Source: Nemertoderma westbladi
Taxonomy: Eukaryota > Animalia > Xenacoelomorpha
Direction of reading: 5' to 3'
Length of the DNA: 51,545 nucleotides
Assembly (NCBI GenBank): GCA_032718475.1
Contig: JAUCBJ010004146.1
Span: 1-51,545 of the forward strand
Shown: positions 50,316-51,545 of the stretch, one piece after another
How positions within the stretch are numbered: position 1 is the stretch's first letter
Layout: each line of letters starts with the position of its first letter
Translations under genes and position numbers: made by a program
The notes under the pieces: generated by a model
Seen by the model: only the letters and a program-made list of their open reading frames with translations
What the model was told of the DNA's origin: nothing
Databases searched by the model: none

Positions 50316-51545
50316 CCGAAGAGCACCGAATGCAGACTGGACAGACTGATGAGGTTCTGATTAAGGACATGGAGGGCGGTTGGCGACTCGCCCTCGCGTT
50401 AGCAGATGATAGTGGCAATGGAGGAATTGGTCTATTGATGAATCCAACTGCACATGCAGCATTGGACAAAATAGACCAAATCTCTAACCGCATCATCCGT
50501 TGCCACTTCTCATGTTCTGGAAGACTGGCTAAGAAGTTTCCTAAAGTGGTTCTGATTGTGTGCTACTCTCCAACTAGTGTTGCCCCTGTAGAGGAGGTGG
50601 AAAATTTCTACCACAATCTACAAGCAGCTACTGATGGAGTGGATCAGCATGCATTCTTAACATTCCTGGGAGACTTTAATGCAAGTCTGCATCAATCACC
50701 TACATCGCCCTGGGTCTATAGCAATAGTGTTAACCGAAATTCTGTCCATCTTCAGGATTTTATCTCTGGAAATGGATTGTTTTCGGCTGGAACCCAGTTC
50801 AGGAAGCGAACTGGAAAGCTATGGACTCATAGTGGACCCTTCTCCAGTGATCACCGCCTTATTGTGGCCAATGTAAGACTTAGTCTGCGTGCTAGCAGAA
50901 CAACGAAATCTGCCTTGCCGCGGCATGACTGGTCCTCTCTGTTGCAACAGCCAAGTGTGAGATCCAGCTTCACACTACAGCTGAGCAACAGGTATGAGGC
51001 TCTTGCCTCTGAGGCGGCAGATCACTGTGAGGGCTATACTGCCATTACAGAAGCAGTTAAGTTAGCAGCTGCAGAAACAGTTCCTGTATACCCTCGAAAC
51101 AGGAAAAGGGCCCCCTGGACTGACAACAAAATTCAGAAGTGCCGAAATGACCTTCATAAGGCGCAGAAAGAGTCCCGACTCAAACAGACTACAGCGGCCA
51201 AGAATGCAGTTAAGGCTGCATCTAGGTCCCTGAACAGGCAGTACTCTGTTAATCTACAGGAGCTAATAAACCAACAGGTTGATGCCATCAATGATGCTGA
51301 CGACAACAGGCAATCATCCCAGGCATGGAAATCGATCAATTTGCTTACTGGGCGGAAAAGCCAACCAACCACCAAGGTTAAGGCTGAATCACCAGCCGAT
51401 CGCCTCAATGGTTGGAAAGCCCACTTTGAAAAGCTCCTCAATAATGACAGGGTATTGCCTGATAACTTTATAGAAGTAAAAGTGTCTGAGTCTGTACTCC
51501 CAGATATTCCCATTGGCGATGTCTCCTTTGCAGAAGTGAAGGCTG
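50316..51545 (+). pseudogene. RTE-clade LINE ORF: APE endonuclease and linker, 5'-truncated, open to the window end
   Basis: EEHR, GGIGLL, CYSPT, LGDFNA, NRNS, WTH, SDHRL, LSNRYEAL, WKAHFEKLLN in one frame from 50318. Confidence 0.9.

Noticed and set aside
42839-50496. 2495-aa and 2541-aa proline-rich ORFs, and many GGRDRRWD/GIGGGT ORFs on the plus strand
   Set aside because: The C-rich strand of the satellite cannot form stop codons, several frames are open at once, and unit-length changes shift between peptide types freely

Overview
Repeat-rich animal (probably invertebrate) genomic DNA with one host gene: a two-exon activin type II receptor (32965-34353 + 35009-35296). Positions ~240-18330 are one decayed minus-strand LINE. 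A 14-codon piece of its RT C-terminal region has been amplified into a 42-bp satellite. A ~3.2-3.5 kb part of it is duplicated on either side of a 10-kb insert. The insert holds a Helitron-type CTAG hairpin end, a ~146-bp array with CTCF-like motifs and the 3' half of a BEL/Pao LTR retrotransposon. Downstream of its integrase, that element carries an extra ORF of at least 1175 aa with a DEDDy (RNase D/WRN/EXD-like) 3'-5' exonuclease domain and clustered zinc knuckles. This ORF is preceded by a duplicated hairpin motif and is the strongest candidate for an unusual system here. The rest contains a hammerhead-like motif, RTE, CR1 and RTEX-like LINE fragments, two tandem Helentron-like elements, a hAT-type non-autonomous element and an intronic foldback MITE. 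It also has a 32-bp minisatellite that supplies the receptor's stop codon and an 11-kb G-rich 26/27-bp satellite. All calls were made by eye and no searches were run.
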